In this document: positions 1 through 15,263 of the stretch, piece by piece | Numbering within the stretch: the first letter of the stretch is position 1 | Layout: each line of letters opens with the position of its first letter | NCBI GenBank assembly: GCA_951406725.2 | Contig: OX597828.1 | Span: 37,448,001 to 37,512,000 of the forward strand | Source of the DNA: Octopus vulgaris | Lineage: Eukaryota | Length of the DNA: 64,000 nucleotides | Direction of reading: 5' to 3' | Translations under genes and position numbers: made by a program | Notes under the pieces: generated by a model | The model's database searches: none | Told to the model about the DNA's origin: nothing | The model's input: only the letters and a program-made list of their open reading frames with translations

Positions 1-970
1 CTCTATATATACATATATATATATAGACATACATCATGTGTGTTTATAAATATATATATAATAGATGGATATATAGATATGTATATAGACATGTGTATGG
101 GGAGGTCTTTGGGTTTGCCCTCACCATCCCTTGACAGCCGGTGCTAGTTTGTGGTCGCCTTCATAACTAGCAGATCGGCAAAAACAACCAATAGCATAAG
201 TACAAGACTTCAAAAAAAAAATTATGTAAAAACAAAGTATTGCATTGAATATATTCAACCAAAACCCATTCAAGACGGTGTCCTTGCTTGTTTGTAGTCC
301 AATGACTGAAACCAGTTAAAGTCAGAAGATTAAAGAACGATAGGGGACGGCAATTATATTCAACCTTGGGTTAAACAGCAGCGACGACGAAGAAAATGAC
401 GGAAGACGGCGGGAAGACGAACAGAAAACAAATCAAGATCATGTTAAAGTGTAAGAAGATTTCCAGTAACAATCAAAGACTACTGAGAAACAACAGGTTA
501 CAAACAGCTATTACACCGTTGAGATAATATATGATTAGAGATAATTATAGTGCTGTCAATATATCTGTCTGTCTTCAGAGTCTCAACATACATCAGGACA
601 CTGCTACCGCTACCAATATAACTACGCCACCGCCGCCACTACCACCACCACCACCACCACCAACATTATCCCGATTTCCACCCAGCCCTCCCAATGCACC
701 ACTGCTATCATTACGTTCACCAACATCAATAACGTTACTGCAAACAACAGTGGACGACCCACGCCACCACCGTCAGGCCTTGTTCTTTAACTATCACATC
801 GTTATTGACGGTAAAAGGAAATATGTCTTTCTTCCAGTTATTAATTAACCATTGTACTGCAGACAGATCAGTAGAAATAAACATTCACACATCTTACACA
901 CACACACACATTTACATAGATATACGTATATTCGTATATATGTATATTTATACATGCATATATGTATAAG

Positions 971-1010
<40 letters not shown>

Positions 1011-1195
1011 AACTCTCTCTCACACACACACACATGCGCACACGCACACACACATATTATTGAAATTTAACAGAAGCAGCAGAGTGATACAATAGGTGAG
1101 AGTTTCTTGCCTTATTAAACTTTGATAAATGCTAACGTACGAAACACTCGGCACTTGAATCACTGTTGCTTCTGCTAAATATCAATAATAATAAT

Positions 1196-1408
1196 TGTCG
1201 GAGCCCAGGGAAGAGAGAGTAAAAATCTCGAGAAGTACATGGAACAAATAGAGGCTGCAATAAGAGTGGAGCACTTGCAGAAAACGGCACTGCTTGGAAC
1301 CGCTCGAATAGTCCGGAAGATGCTCGAAAAATAAGCGGTGTTACCTTAGTCCACTGGTAGTGAACAGCTGACATCGTAGTACATCTCCAGCGTTAGAAGC
1401 TGTGCAAA

Positions 1409-1410
<2 letters not shown>
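1196..1410 (+). mobile_element. R4/Dong-clade non-LTR retrotransposon, extreme 3' fragment (RLE C-terminus + 3'UTR)
   Basis: Reads IVGAQGRESKNLEKYMEQIEAAIRVEHLQKTALLGTARIVRKMLEK*, matching the (IV)GALG...LQKTALLGTA.I.R.. terminus of R4/Dong ORFs. Flanked by (AAT)4 at 1184-1195 and (TAA)n at 1411-1463. Confidence 0.75.
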
Positions 1411-1464
<54 letters not shown>

Positions 1465-1465
<1 letters not shown>

Positions 1466-2495
1466 CAACCCGAGGGAAGTACGGCAACTATTGTTGCAAA
1501 TAAGGTGAAAATAATGGCAACGAAAAAAGCGCACGAGAAATAGGCTGATAGGTGGGAGGAGAAATCTCTGCACGGCAAATATGTGGCCTGTAGCAAACAA
1601 GCTGATGTTGACCAGAAGCAAACCCATCAGTGGCTACGGAGCTCAGGGCTAAAAGCAGAGAGCGAAGGTTTCATCCTGGCTGCTCAAGATCAAAGCCTAT
1701 TAACCCGGAACTACCAGGCCAATGTGATGAAAAATGGAGCAGACCCAAAATGCCGATTCTGCAACGACATGATTGAAACAGTGGACCACCTAATCTCTGG
1801 ATGTAAAGTCTTATCCCCAGTGGAGTATAAATTAAGACATGACAGAGTTGGCCAATATCTACACTGGCTAATAAGTCGGCATTACAATATCAAAACTGCC
1901 GACAAGTGGTATAATCACCACCCTGAAGCTGTAACTGAAGGAGAAAATGTAACGATTCTATGGGGCTCTCCAGTACATACAGACCGAACCATCAAAGCCA
2001 ATAAACCGGATATTGTTGTGAAAGACCAAAACAATAAAGTTTGCTTATTGATCGACATGCGCGTCCCCTGTGATCATAATATCTCGGAGAAAGAATTCGA
2101 CAAGCTCAGAAAATATAAAGACTTGCTCATTGAAATTGAGAAAATGTGGCATCTCAAGGCGGTTACAATACCAGTGATCGTAGGAGCACTAGGAATGATC
2201 AAGAAGGGAACCGAAAATTATATGAGAATGATCCCTGGCTTACCATCCCTGCAAGAAGTGCAAAAGATTGTCATAACTGGTACATCACACGTATTGAGAA
2301 GAGCATTGTCGATGTGAGAACTATTACTACCCATGTATTTTAATTTAACTTTATTCCTATCAAAAAAAAAAAAAAAGAACGAACTAGTGAGTTTAGTTTA
2401 ATGGCCTACCAATGTATACAATGAGTTTCTTCGCCCTAGGAGTCGGGAAGACACTCGGCAAGAAATGGAAGCAAATCTGAAAGAAGAAAAACTCG
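1465..2495 (+). mobile_element. 5'-truncated R4/Dong-clade non-LTR retrotransposon inserted in (TAA)n
   Basis: In-frame WEEKSLHGKY upstream of the ORF (one TAG before it), then CCHC and RLE domain, 3'UTR to ~2495. (TAA)n on both sides (1411-1463; 2496-2516). Confidence 0.88.
1583..2317 (+). pseudogene. R4/Dong ORF remnant: CCHC zinc knuckle + restriction-like endonuclease (PD-D/ExK)
   Basis: WL.SGLKAESEGFILAAQDQ, CRFC...ETVDHLISGC, RHDRV, KPDIVV...LLIDMRVP, KYKDL, IPVIVGALG motifs. The GTG start is an artefact of 5' truncation. Confidence 0.88.
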
Positions 2496-2539
2496 TAATG
2501 ATAATAATAATAATAAAAATGCAGGTAGTAAGCCACAAC

Positions 2540-2622
2540 CACATAAATCTCATCTGGAATAAGACCAAACCTGAGCTTTTTGGGGGTAAAAAAGGTGCGT
2601 CTTATAGGCCATCAAATACGGT
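2540..2622. mobile_element. Right terminal fragment of a pogo/Tc1-mariner-like DNA transposon
   Basis: Ends GGTGCGTCTTATAGGCCATCAAATACGG|TA, resembling CCGTATTT..TATAAGACGCAC pogo-type TIRs followed by a TA target site. No partner end seen. Confidence 0.4.
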
Positions 2623-2779
2623 ATATGCTGAGCTGTTTTACACCGTGCAGCACATCAGTCCATCCGTGATCGCCATGTCCTTATTTTCCTTTATTTTCCA
2701 AAGCCTGGAACTTATCCTGTCGGTCGCTTTTGCCGGACCAATAAATTATAGTGATGTAAACACATCAACATGCATATAC

Positions 2780-2820
<41 letters not shown>

Positions 2821-3232
2821 TATAATTATAAAAATAAGTTCTTTTTGCAACAAGTTGCTTAAACCACATACCGAAAATATTAGAAATAGCAGTCAAAGGA
2901 CTACTATTTCTTTTACTACAAAAATAAGTCTCCACAAACAACAATATTTGTAACTCACATGTGGCAAAACAAGAAGGAAAACAACGAAACCACACAGTCT
3001 TCGGATTAATTATGGACGTACGTTTCTGGATTAGAATCGTAAAATTCATTTCCTTATCAACATAATATTTCCTATAAATCTAGAAATGCTAGGAAAAACT
3101 TACCTCCTGTATTTTCGACCAAGCGACATCGAAATGTTTACCGAATATGGTCCTTTTCCATACCCGAAATACTACTAGGTGAAATTTATTGATTTTATTA
3201 AATTAATTATATTTCACCCTTTATCGGTAATG

Positions 3233-3285
<53 letters not shown>

Positions 3286-3505
3286 GTATATGCATTGTCC
3301 GACTTTTAGTTCTTTATGCTACCTTGGCAGTGTCAGATGATTGTGCTAGGACACCAGGCGTGTTAACAAAGCACTGCCTGGCAGGCTCTCAGCTCATGAA
3401 TCTAACAGTAAAACATAAAAACTTATATGGTGTTTATTAAATGATATTTGCTTCTCACCAGATCGAGTACATTTTTATTTATCTTACCATCACGGTACAG
3501 TACAC

Positions 3506-3559
<54 letters not shown>

Positions 3560-4292
3560 TATGAGTGTGTGTATGTGTGTTTACGTATGGTTCTTCTATA
3601 AGTAACGTATGGTTCTTCTAATTACATCATAACCTATATCCGAAGAATGTATATTTTGCACAGGTTCATAAATACTTAATGTGAGGTTTCTCTGATCTGG
3701 CACTATCACCACTTTTGCACCGGACCGGAATCATCATGTCCGCCAGAGTTTGACTCTGTGGCATTCGTCCTTCTTACAACCAAATATTAAGATATTTACA
3801 ATTGGTCGACCAGAACATACAAATTATTACTGGCATACCTTACACTTCCTTACACACCTGTAGTAACGTATCCTTCCGGAATGCATAACAACTTCTGTGT
3901 CTCTGTATGTTTGCATTTCTGTCTGTCCGTTTGTCTTTTTGTCTGTCTGTCCGTATGTATTTAAGAATTAATTTATGTGAGGCTATGATTTATTAGTAGC
4001 TAGGTGTATTATTTTTTCTGTAACTGTGTTCGATATTTCGTGTTTATTCCAACTGACCACCTGCAATGTGGCCAAGATTATTTAGAAAAGAAAAATACGA
4101 GCTGTCATATCTTCCGTTATCTTCCTAACAAGCTCTCATTGAAGTAATACAATCGGAAACAGAGATGTCTTTATATATTTATATATTTCTCAATAAAACT
4201 TCTCGGTCTCTCTTTCAAAATAAACACTCACATATTGTATTATCTAGCACAGATGCTGCATTAATTGCTTACGTTATTAATCACCAACTTAA

Positions 4293-4755
4293 GGCGGCGA
4301 GCTGGCAGTATCTTTAACACACTGGACAAACAGCTTAGCGACATTTTGTTCATCTTGAGGTTCAGAAGTCGAATACCACGAAGGTTGACTTAGTCTTTCA
4401 TCCTTTCGGGGTCGATGAAATGAGTACCAGTGAAGTACTGGGGTAGGCGTCAATGACAACCCTCCTTTCCACAGAATTCAGGCATTGAATTCAGGAAAAA
4501 ACGATTACCAACCATTTCTTGAAGGCGGCGAGCTGGCAGAAACGTTAGCACAGCGGGCGAAATGCTTAGCGGTATTTCGTCTGCCGCTACGATCTGAGTT
4601 CAAATTCCGCCGAGGTCAACTTTGCCTTTCATTCTTTCGGGGTCGATAAATTAAGTACCAGTTACGCACTGAGGTCGATGTAATGGACTTAATCTCTTTG
4701 TCTGTCCTTGTTTGTCCCCTCTATGTTTAGCCCCTTGTGGGTAGTAAAGAAATAA
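4293..4755 (+). mobile_element. Two tandem copies of SINE family A (tRNA-like head GGCGGCGAGCTGGCAG...; core GTCGACTTTGCCTTTCATCCTTTCGGGGTCGATAAA)
   Basis: Head recurs at 4293 and 4524, with a B-box-like GAGTTCAAATTCC. Homologous to 6552-7316 and 47418-47833. Confidence 0.8.
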
Positions 4756-5499
4756 GAATTGATAGAGCATCGGGAGAATGCTTTGCTGTATTTTTCCAGC
4801 TGTTTATAATCCTGGTTTGAAATTCCACAAGGGTCATCTTTTCGTTTTATCGTACTAACAGCAAAAAAGTAAACCAGCACCCAAGTATTTCACTCGATGG
4901 TATCGACTAATGCTCTTTCCTTCAATGTTGCTGCTATTTTGCCTAAAACAGCAACTATCATTAATCATCTATATTTCTGAGAGTTGTAAACAAAACATTC
5001 TGTTATGTTGGAGATTCAGGAACGACATACTCTAACACTGGCCATGTATTTACAACAAGAATCAATGACAGTCTACTACTGTACCAAACAATACAAAACT
5101 AGATACGAAAATATATGTCGGCAAAATATGTTATACCACAGAATTCTGTACAGAAATAGGTGTTGAATGATTGAAACAATACTTAAAACACATCATACAT
5201 AAAAAACAAACACCTCAGAGAAGTATATATTTGACGGTCAAAAACTTAAAAATAGGCCGTAACGTTTACACCAGGCTTATTGGCGGTGATACACTTCGAC
5301 GTCACTTAATCATGAGGAAAAGACTAGGAGCGCATAGAAATGTAAATAATGGACGTGTGATCTTTGATGTTTCAAACCGCGGCGTGGTTGTGGGTCAATA
5401 TGGAAAGTATATATTACAAAAGGCAAAGGCTATTGTCAAATCATATCTAAAAGAAAAACTGTTCTCCATATATACAAACATATACACACAGAGAATACC

Positions 5500-5980
5500 C
5501 TATATATATGTATATATGTATGTATGTATGTATGCATGTATGCATGTATGTATGTATGTATGTATGCATGTATGTATGTATATGTGTATTAACGAAGTAT
5601 ATATACATGTGAGGTGTGTATTTATATTTCTTCATGTGTACGCATATACCTATGTATCTAGCTATAAATCTTTCTATCTATCTATGTATCTGTAGTTATG
5701 TATGTATTTATGTATGTATATATGTATGTATGTATGTGTGTGTATGTATGTATGTATGTATGTATGTATGTATGTATGTATGTATGTATGTATGTGTGTA
5801 TGTATGTATGTATGCATGCATGTATGTATGTATGTATGTGTATGTATGTATGTATGCATGTATGTATGTATGTTTGTATGTATGTATGTATGTATGTATG
5901 TACGTATGTATGTATGTGTGTATGTGTGTATGTATGTATGTATGTATGTATGTATGCATGTATGTAAATGCATGTATATC
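5500..5980. repeat. (TATG)n microsatellite
   Basis: Long degenerate tatg array; source of the spurious YVCM/HTYI ORFs. Confidence 0.95.
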
Positions 5981-6551
5981 TAACTACTGGCAAATTGCCC
6001 TTTTCTTCTGTTCCGACGATGTTAGATTCTCACGTTTCCGTTATGAACACTTCCGGAAGTGACTATCAAAAGTTTTCATATAGAAGTATCAATTCTAATT
6101 CAACCAGCAATTTTGCCATTTTGGCACCAATCATATTTCCATTTATGTTTTGGTCTTCCTCCTTCCTTCCTTTCGCTTCTGGCTGTCCGTTTGGTACCTC
6201 AGTGTATTTACAAATCTATGTTGTCAACTGAAAATAACCTTTGCACATGAGAAAATATATAAATAAAATAACATAAAATAAAATAAAACGATCGACATCT
6301 TTGATTAAATATTAAAAGGCACCACTCTGCGTGGGGTAGCGTAACTAGAAATAGCAGCCAAGACTCCCTCAGATTAAACCCCCACTGTCTTAGAAAATAA
6401 TTCATTGGATAATGTCATTTTTCATGCTCTTAAAAATGAGACAGTATATTAAAAAAAAAGGGATAGCCACGGCTAAAATGTGTTTGATCATAGTACTTGT
6501 CAATCAGAGTTCAGTTGAGCGTAACAACAGCAACAGGAACAGCAACAGCAC

Positions 6552-7316
6552 ATTCTTTTCTACTCTAGGCACAGGGCCCGATATTTTGAGGCAGTGGGAA
6601 GCAGTCGATTAGTACGCAACTGGTATCTAATTTATCGAATCCGAAAGGATGAAAGGCAAAGTCGACTTCGGCGGAACGTAACGGCAGACGAAATACCTAC
6701 TTCTTTATTACCCATAAGGGGCTAAACATAGAGGGGACAAGCAAATACAGACAAACGGATTAAGTCGATTACATCGCCCCAGTGCGTAACTGGTATTTAA
6801 CTTATAGACCCCGAATGAAAGGATGAAAGGCAAAGTCGACTTCGGCGGAATTTGAACGCGGAACGTAAAAGCAGACGAAATGCATTATGCATTTCGCCTG
6901 GTGTGCTAACGTTTCTGCCAGCTCACCGCCTTAGGCACAAGGCCCGAATTTTTGAGGAGGTGGGGCAGTCGATTAGATTGAACCCAGTACGCAACTGATA
7001 CTTAATTTATCGAACCCGAAAGAATGTAAGGCAAAGTCGACCTCGGCGGAATTTGAACTCAGAACGTAAAGACAGACGAAATACCTATTTCTTTACTGCC
7101 TACAAGGGGCTAAACATAGAGAGGACAAACAAGGTCAGACAAAGGGATTAAGTCGATTATATCCACCCAAGTGCGTTATTGGTACTTATTTAATCGACCC
7201 CGAAAGGTTGTAAGGCAAAGTCAACCTCTGCAGAATTTGAACTCAGAACGATACGGCAGACGAAATACCACAAAGCATTTCGCCCGGCGTGTTAACGTTT
7301 CTGCCAGCTCGCCGCC
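6552..7316 (-). mobile_element. Two tandem SINE family A copies, each with an internally duplicated core
   Basis: Reverse-complement heads end at ~6930 and 7316. Core motif repeated about four times. Tail TAGGCACA(A/G)GGCCCG at 6566 and 6932. Confidence 0.8.
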
Positions 7317-8378
7317 ATACAGCAGCAGCATGTTTGATGGCTGTTCTCATTTTCTAGGTTGGCATTTTATTTTATTGACCATGGTAGGAAGTAAGCAAAA
7401 TTAAGTAACGAAGGATTTGAAATGAGAACGTAAGGATCCGTAACAAATGCCGCAAGACAATTTGAGTGCCACTATGACGATTCTTTTACCCACGGCCCTC
7501 AATAACAACATCAAGAAGAATAATGATTGGCTTTATGGGAGGTGATTCGTCAGCGACACCGACCCTAGGATTTAAAAAGATACTTTATTTTCTCGATCTT
7601 GAAAGGGTAAAAGGTAAGGTGGTTTGTGCAAGGATTTAAACTCAGCCCTTGCAGATTAGGAAGAAATGACTGAACGCATTTTTCGAAACTTTAATGATTC
7701 TGCCTATCTACCAACCATGAGACAATCGTCCCTAATTAACGCAAAATGCGAGAAAATTTGAGAGAAAATGTTAGTCGATACAATTGACTCTGGTACTTGA
7801 CTGGTTCTTTATTTCATCGAACCCCGGAAGCCTTAAAGGCAATGTTAACCGAGACAATATTTGAAAGCGCCGAGAGTCATAAGGTATTCTATCCGACGCT
7901 GTAAAAAAATCTGTCAAATTGCCAACCGGAAGTAATTATTTGTATGAGAAAGAATTGAATGCTTTTAGCTTTGACAAGCTCTTTTTTTTTTCCTCATTGT
8001 CAACAAGAACGAAGTTTTATAACTACTATAAACATTCTGCTGAGAATATCAGAAAGATTTCATAGTTGTTTCTTACTACAAAGTTTTCTCTTGTATGCCA
8101 TGCAACAGAGAACTTTTCAAGAAGAGCAGACAACGGAAGCAGGTAAACAAAACATGTCACCTGTCCAACGATATGAATTTCACAATGTTACTATCTTGAA
8201 TACTTTTAAAACACACACACACGCGTCCGCACGTACGCACACACATACACGCACATATTCATACGTGTATGTGTATGTGTGTGTGTATTCCCATATTCTT
8301 TTTTGTGACGCTCATACGCACATACACGTGCTTACACATACGTACAGCTATACATATATGCAGGCCCAGATTTAAATA

Positions 8379-8414
<36 letters not shown>

Positions 8415-8696
8415 TAGATACACCCCCATGCACACACACACACACAAACACAGACACACGCACGTATATACATACATATGTACACACACACATATATGCG
8501 TATCTGGATTAACTTGAGATAGTTAAGATACAGGTAGTTGTATACGGGAAGGAAATTTCAATGCATATGAAATGGGAAATAGGAACTTCCGGCGTTTTAT
8601 AAAGTATGAATGAGGTATATGAAATTGTCGGTCGAGAAGTTACATGATATATATATCTATATCTATATCTATATCTGTATCTATATATATACATAC

Positions 8697-8733
<37 letters not shown>

Positions 8734-8780
8734 ATATTATATATATGTGTATCTATATCTATATCTATATATATACATAC

Positions 8781-8831
<51 letters not shown>

Positions 8832-9274
8832 ATTATATATATATGTGTATCTATATGTATAATATAATGTAATATGATATATATATGATACTATATATTA
8901 TATATTATATAAATGTACATATGTATCTATGTGTATCATAATATATATTATGCAATTGTTATATGCATATTTTTGTATTTTTATATACACACACCATATA
9001 GATATTGATGATATAGGAAGATGTATAAGTGTAGTGGTGGTGGTGGTGGTGGTGGTGGTGTGTGTGTGTGTATGTGTGTGTCTGTATGTAAAAATGTTCT
9101 GGCACAAACTCATGGTAATTCTACATAAATGGTATATTCAAAATATAACATATGTTTTGCATTAGATGCACACTGTGCAAAAAGCAATGTGCGCGTACAG
9201 GCGGAGACACTGAAGTGCACACTCACATACATACTACATAGCCTTCCGCATTAGTATATATGTGTGTATAAATA

Positions 9275-9353
<79 letters not shown>

Positions 9354-9378
9354 ATGTATATGTATATATATATATATC

Positions 9379-9798
9379 TTTCTCTGTTTTACTTGTTTCA
9401 GTCATTTGACTGTGGCCATGTTGGAGCATCGTCTTTTTAGTCGAGCAAATCGACTCCAGGACCTATTCTTTTTTAAGCCTAGTACTTATTCTATCGGTCT
9501 ATTGTGCCGAACCGCTAAGTTACGTGGACGTAAACCCACCAGCATCGGTTGTCAAGCGATGTTGGAGGGACAAACACAGACACAAACATATACTCACACA
9601 CACACATATATATATATACATATATATACATATATACGACAGGCTTCTTTCAGTTTCCGTCTACCAAATCCACTCACAAGGCTTTGGTCGGCCCGAGGCT
9701 ATAGTAGAAGACACTTGCCCAAGGTGCCGCGCGGTGGGACTGAACCCGGAACCATGTGGTCGGTAAGCAAGCTACTTACCACACAGCCACTCCTACGC
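9379..9798 (-). mobile_element. SINE family B (tRNA-derived head, internal microsatellite, tail ...GTCAAATGACTGAAACAAGTAAAA)
   Basis: Reverse complement of the full copy at 39751-40165. Confidence 0.85.
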
Positions 9799-11297
9799 AT
9801 ATATGTATATATACACACACACATATATGTGTGTGTATGTAAATATATGCATATATGTATGTGTGAGGTGTATATCTATCTATCTATCTATCTATATATA
9901 TATATATATCTATCTATCCATCTATCTATTGTGTATATGCATATAGACAGGCAGATGTTTACACACACATCCTTCATCGTAACATCAGTGAAATAACCTT
10001 TTGTTCCCAGGATGAAATCCAAATATTTGGTACTGAAAACCTGAACTCGCTTGGTTTCACATCCAAGCAATGTCTTTTACCTACAAACGTTCATTTATAC
10101 AACTTAGAAATTATTGTTAACCAAACCAGTGCAACGTATCTCTGACCTCAAATTTGCTCTTCATCTTTTCGTTATCGATTGAAACGTAACAACCAAATGT
10201 AGTGTGTAGAAGGGATTGTAAGAATGTCGTATTCGATCTCATACAGCATTTGTACAAAATCTGCGCATTCAAAGTCAAATTCTATATAGGTGCCTAACTA
10301 GCAACCTCTGAATGGAGGCCATGCGTTGGATGTACGGCAAAAAGCTCAAAACAAAAGCAGCGTTAAATAGTTGCCGCTTACCATAACTGAGACAGGAGCT
10401 CCTCCGTTTAGGTACGATCCATTGAATGGGTGAATGAATCCTTTTCTCAGTTAGTAAAAGGGATCTTTCCATCTAACGTAATTAAAACTACCTTATAAGT
10501 TCGTTTACAATTTTACTCGTTTCAGGTAATGGTTACAGCAAACGGTGGCGCACCACTAGAAATACTATAAAACCCAAGCACAGACAGAAATGGAAACTCA
10601 CATCTTTTGCTTCACGAACTGCTGGTTTAACAATTACACAACACAGAAGTTTCAGTTAGAACCCTATGCAAATGGCCAATACAGGCATTATCTATGTATT
10701 TTTTTATAGCATGCGGGTTAAAAATGTTTCTACAGACTCTCATTGCTAAGTAAACTTACGTATGTATATTCTTCCGAGATTAACTAATATATAAATGTCT
10801 GTTGTGGCCATAAAAACTGAACATTTGTGAGAGGGAGCAAGTCGTTTCATTGTCCCCTGTGCTCGACTGGTACCTATTTCAACAACGCCGAACAGATGTA
10901 AGACAAATATTATCTCGGCGGGTTTCGAAGGTAAACATGGCCGATATGCCGCATAGCATTGTGTTCACCGTGCTAGAAATTCTGCCGGTTCCCCGCCATT
11001 ATATGATAATCCTTCTGGTATAGGCGCAAGACCTAAAATTTTACAAGAGGTAGTTGGTCGACTCAGTTGATTCCAGTACTTGACTAGTAATAATTTTCTC
11101 GATCCTGAAAGCATGGAAGGCATAGTCGATCCCGGTTGCATTTGAGCTCAAACAATGCCACTCAGCATTTCATCTGGACTGTTAAGCAATCTACCAGCTC
11201 ACTGCCTTCATATTATAATAATATAATAGAATACGCATTTATTCACAAATACACATGCACGTATATATATATATATATAAACATACATATATGTATG

Positions 11298-11625
11298 TGG
11301 TGATGGTGACCCCCTTCGGTCAGACACTGACCATGGGTTTGCACCTGTCTGAGGCACAAGTCTGGGCAAGGTTGTTTTATGGAAGACCAGCAGTCGCCCA
11401 TGCATACCGGCCTCCCCTCTCCACGTCACCGATGTTGTCCAAGGGAAAGGCAAAGGCCGATACAGCTTGGCACCTGTGACGTCGCAACTCATTTCTACAG
11501 CTGAGTGAACTGGAGCAACGTGAAATAAAGTGTCTTGCTCAAGAACACAACACGCAGCCCGGTCCGGGATTCGAGCTCACAACCTCACGATCGTAAGCTC
11601 GATGCTCTAACCACTGAGCCACGTG
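11298..11625 (-). mobile_element. tRNA-derived SINE, head C + tail type 2
   Basis: A-box TGGCTCAGTGG and B-box-like GCTCGAATCCC on the minus strand, plus a TTGAGCAAGACACTT core. Closely similar to 55901-56224. Confidence 0.8.
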
Positions 11626-11658
11626 CATGTATGTATGTATACATATATGTATGTATAT

Positions 11659-11775
<117 letters not shown>

Positions 11776-12289
11776 AGTATACAGAGAGAATGAGAGAGAG
11801 AGAGAGAGGTATCAATAGGTTGTGGGAGACATTGCCTGAGTATACATCTTTCATTGATAATAGAAACCATTTTCTGGTTGGATCCTGTTGAAATCATTTG
11901 ATCTCTGCTATATGGCCAAATACGCAGATGCAAGTCAGTGTGCGTGTATATGTGTGTGTGTGTGTCATGGTGTGTTTGTATGTGTGAGTGACTGTGTATG
12001 TGTGAGTGATTGTGTATGTGCGTGTATGCGTCTGTGTGTCTCTGTGTCTGTGTGCGTTGTATTTGTGTGCTTAATTAAATCGATGCATTCGTGGCCATAT
12101 ATTAATTTTCAAAGAGGAGAGAATGAATATTAATTGATAGTAATTATGCAAGAAGCTATACAGCATATGAGGTAATAATTTCCATTTAAGATGCATGCAT
12201 GCACGGAAATTAACCGATTTATTAAAACTACCCGGGTATATTAACACTGAGCAGTTAAACATATGTCTCCGAGTCGGTTGTGCGTATAT

Positions 12290-12322
<33 letters not shown>

Positions 12323-12323
12323 C

Positions 12324-12366
<43 letters not shown>

Positions 12367-12432
12367 CATATATATATATATATATATATGCATATTATAC
12401 ATGCACACACACATACACATACATATATATAT

Positions 12433-12505
<73 letters not shown>

Positions 12506-12506
12506 A

Positions 12507-12609
<103 letters not shown>

Positions 12610-13027
12610 GTGTGTGTGTATCAATGCACTGTTAGTGATGGACATGCGTTACATAGAATGCTTTATTTAGTTATTGATCGCCTGAACATCAAAAGGTACA
12701 GAACACGCACACATACTCACACATATACACACACACATATACAAACGCACACGCACACACATACACACACACACCCGTAAGTGCTAGCGTGACTGTATGG
12801 TAAGGAAGTTGCTGCTCAATTACATGGTTTCACGTTCAGTCCCACTGCATGGCACATTGGGCTCGCGTTTTCTACTATAGTTTCAGTCTGTCCGAAGCAT
12901 CGTGAGTGGATATGGTAGTCCGAAACAGGAAAAAGCTTGCCGTATATGTGTTTGCGTTTGTGTGCGGGCGTGTGTGTACCAATATACATTGTACTTCTTT
13001 ATGAAAGTACATATAAAAACAATCTTT

Positions 13028-13149
<122 letters not shown>

Positions 13150-13623
13150 ACTTATATAAATATATATACATATATATGCATATATACACACACTCACACA
13201 CACTCACACACGCACACACACACGCATAAAGATAAAGTACGCAAATGGATCATGGTTGACTAGAGCTGTTTCTGATGCACTTCTTATTGAAGAACAAACT
13301 GATTGCATCATGACGCACTCGGTTTATTCATTAACAAAAACAAACGATTGTGAAACAGCTGTAGGCAAATTCACATCTTCAACCTTCTCTCCATTGGATC
13401 TTGAACTCATACTGGATCGTGGAACTGCATGCCGGCTTGCATGTGTAAATAGTTTCACGTACAAGTATATTTCTATTTGTGTGTATACTGATTTGGGCAT
13501 ATGCATGTATAATGTATATGTAAGTGTTAGGATATATCCATATTTAAATTGATGTATGTCCATATTTATTATATACACGGTCATGCTAATCGGGACCCTA
13601 AATTGGTGTCCTTATTAAAAATA

Positions 13624-13699
<76 letters not shown>

Positions 13700-14448
13700 A
13701 TATTCATAGCCACCATAACGCGAACACACAGTCGCTCGCTAGAAATATATATATTGCGTGAAGATGTGAGCTGCTATCAGCTCAAGCAGAGGTGTCCAGT
13801 ATTGAGGTGTACCAGAATTAGCCCGAAACAAGGACTGCTCTACTGGTTCCGTCGCTAGGAGACGTTAGGGGTTCGCTCCCGTGCTCGCGATTTTACCGGG
13901 TGCAGCTATGTATCGGTAACCAGCTAGAAGAGATGTCCTCTTGGGCTTTAAAATATTGAAGGAGAGACCGCTTGAACGGACAGCCATGTTAAAGTGGTTA
14001 CGAATATTAGTTGCCAGTACAACTACTGCGTTGATCTCTTAGAGAGATTTTAGAAAAAGCATTTTTCTTTTATATATATATATACATGCACATATATATA
14101 TATGCATATATATATATATATACACACATGCACACACACACACAAACACACAATCACATAGGCAACCATTTCTGTAGTTTATTTCTCATGTAAAATGTTA
14201 CCTGTTTACGGATGTAGATATGCTGCAGCATACACCATCTCTCGCTAGCGCGCACGCACGCACAGTCACACAGACACATAGACACATACACTCACACACA
14301 GTCACACACACACACACACGTATACACATACTAACACTCATTCATATATGCAAACATATATTTATATCTGTCTATCTATGTATCTGTCTGTGTACCTACC
14401 TACCTACCCACCTACCTACCTACCTACCTACCTGCCTGCCTGCCTGCC

Positions 14449-14487
<39 letters not shown>

Positions 14488-14491
14488 TCGC

Positions 14492-14531
<40 letters not shown>

Positions 14532-14638
14532 GTACATGTCTATCTATCTATCTATCTACCTACTTACCAACATACGTACCTACCTACCTACCTATCTATC
14601 TATCTATCGATCTATCGACCTACCTACATATCTATCTT

Positions 14639-14710
<72 letters not shown>

Positions 14711-15060
14711 GCTAGCTAGCTAGCTAGCATGTATGTATGATCCGAGTGTGTGTTTGTGCTGTGATAATTGTGTAAGTGTGTATTTTTTGTTGTGCTAAAA
14801 TGCACTTTTATTTTAGTCTGATTAACGACTATAGAAAAGAAAATAGATGCTATTTCAAATATAGAATATAATATAATAGGAAAATAAGAATAACAATATA
14901 TGACAACTACAAAAAACAAGCAAAAGAAGTTTTTATGAAACGTTTAACAAAGAAAGATTTGGATACAGCTACTTCCTCTGATCAGAATCGGGATGGAATT
15001 TTAACGTGAAACGTGATGCGAACAATAAAGCTTGCTTTCGAGCGGTGTTATATATAAATA

Positions 15061-15092
<32 letters not shown>

Positions 15093-15129
15093 CATACACA
15101 TATACATATATATATATATATATATACAT

Positions 15130-15188
<59 letters not shown>

Positions 15189-15199
15189 CACATATACAG

Positions 15200-15250
<51 letters not shown>

Positions 15251-15263
15251 TTATATAGAAGGA

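Noticed and set aside
531-848. Proline-rich 105-aa ORF
   Set aside because: The poly-Pro comes from a (CCA)n/(CCG)n repeat; no recognisable domain or splice context.
9262-9996. 244-aa ORF
   Set aside because: Antisense read-through of a SINE B plus flanking microsatellites.
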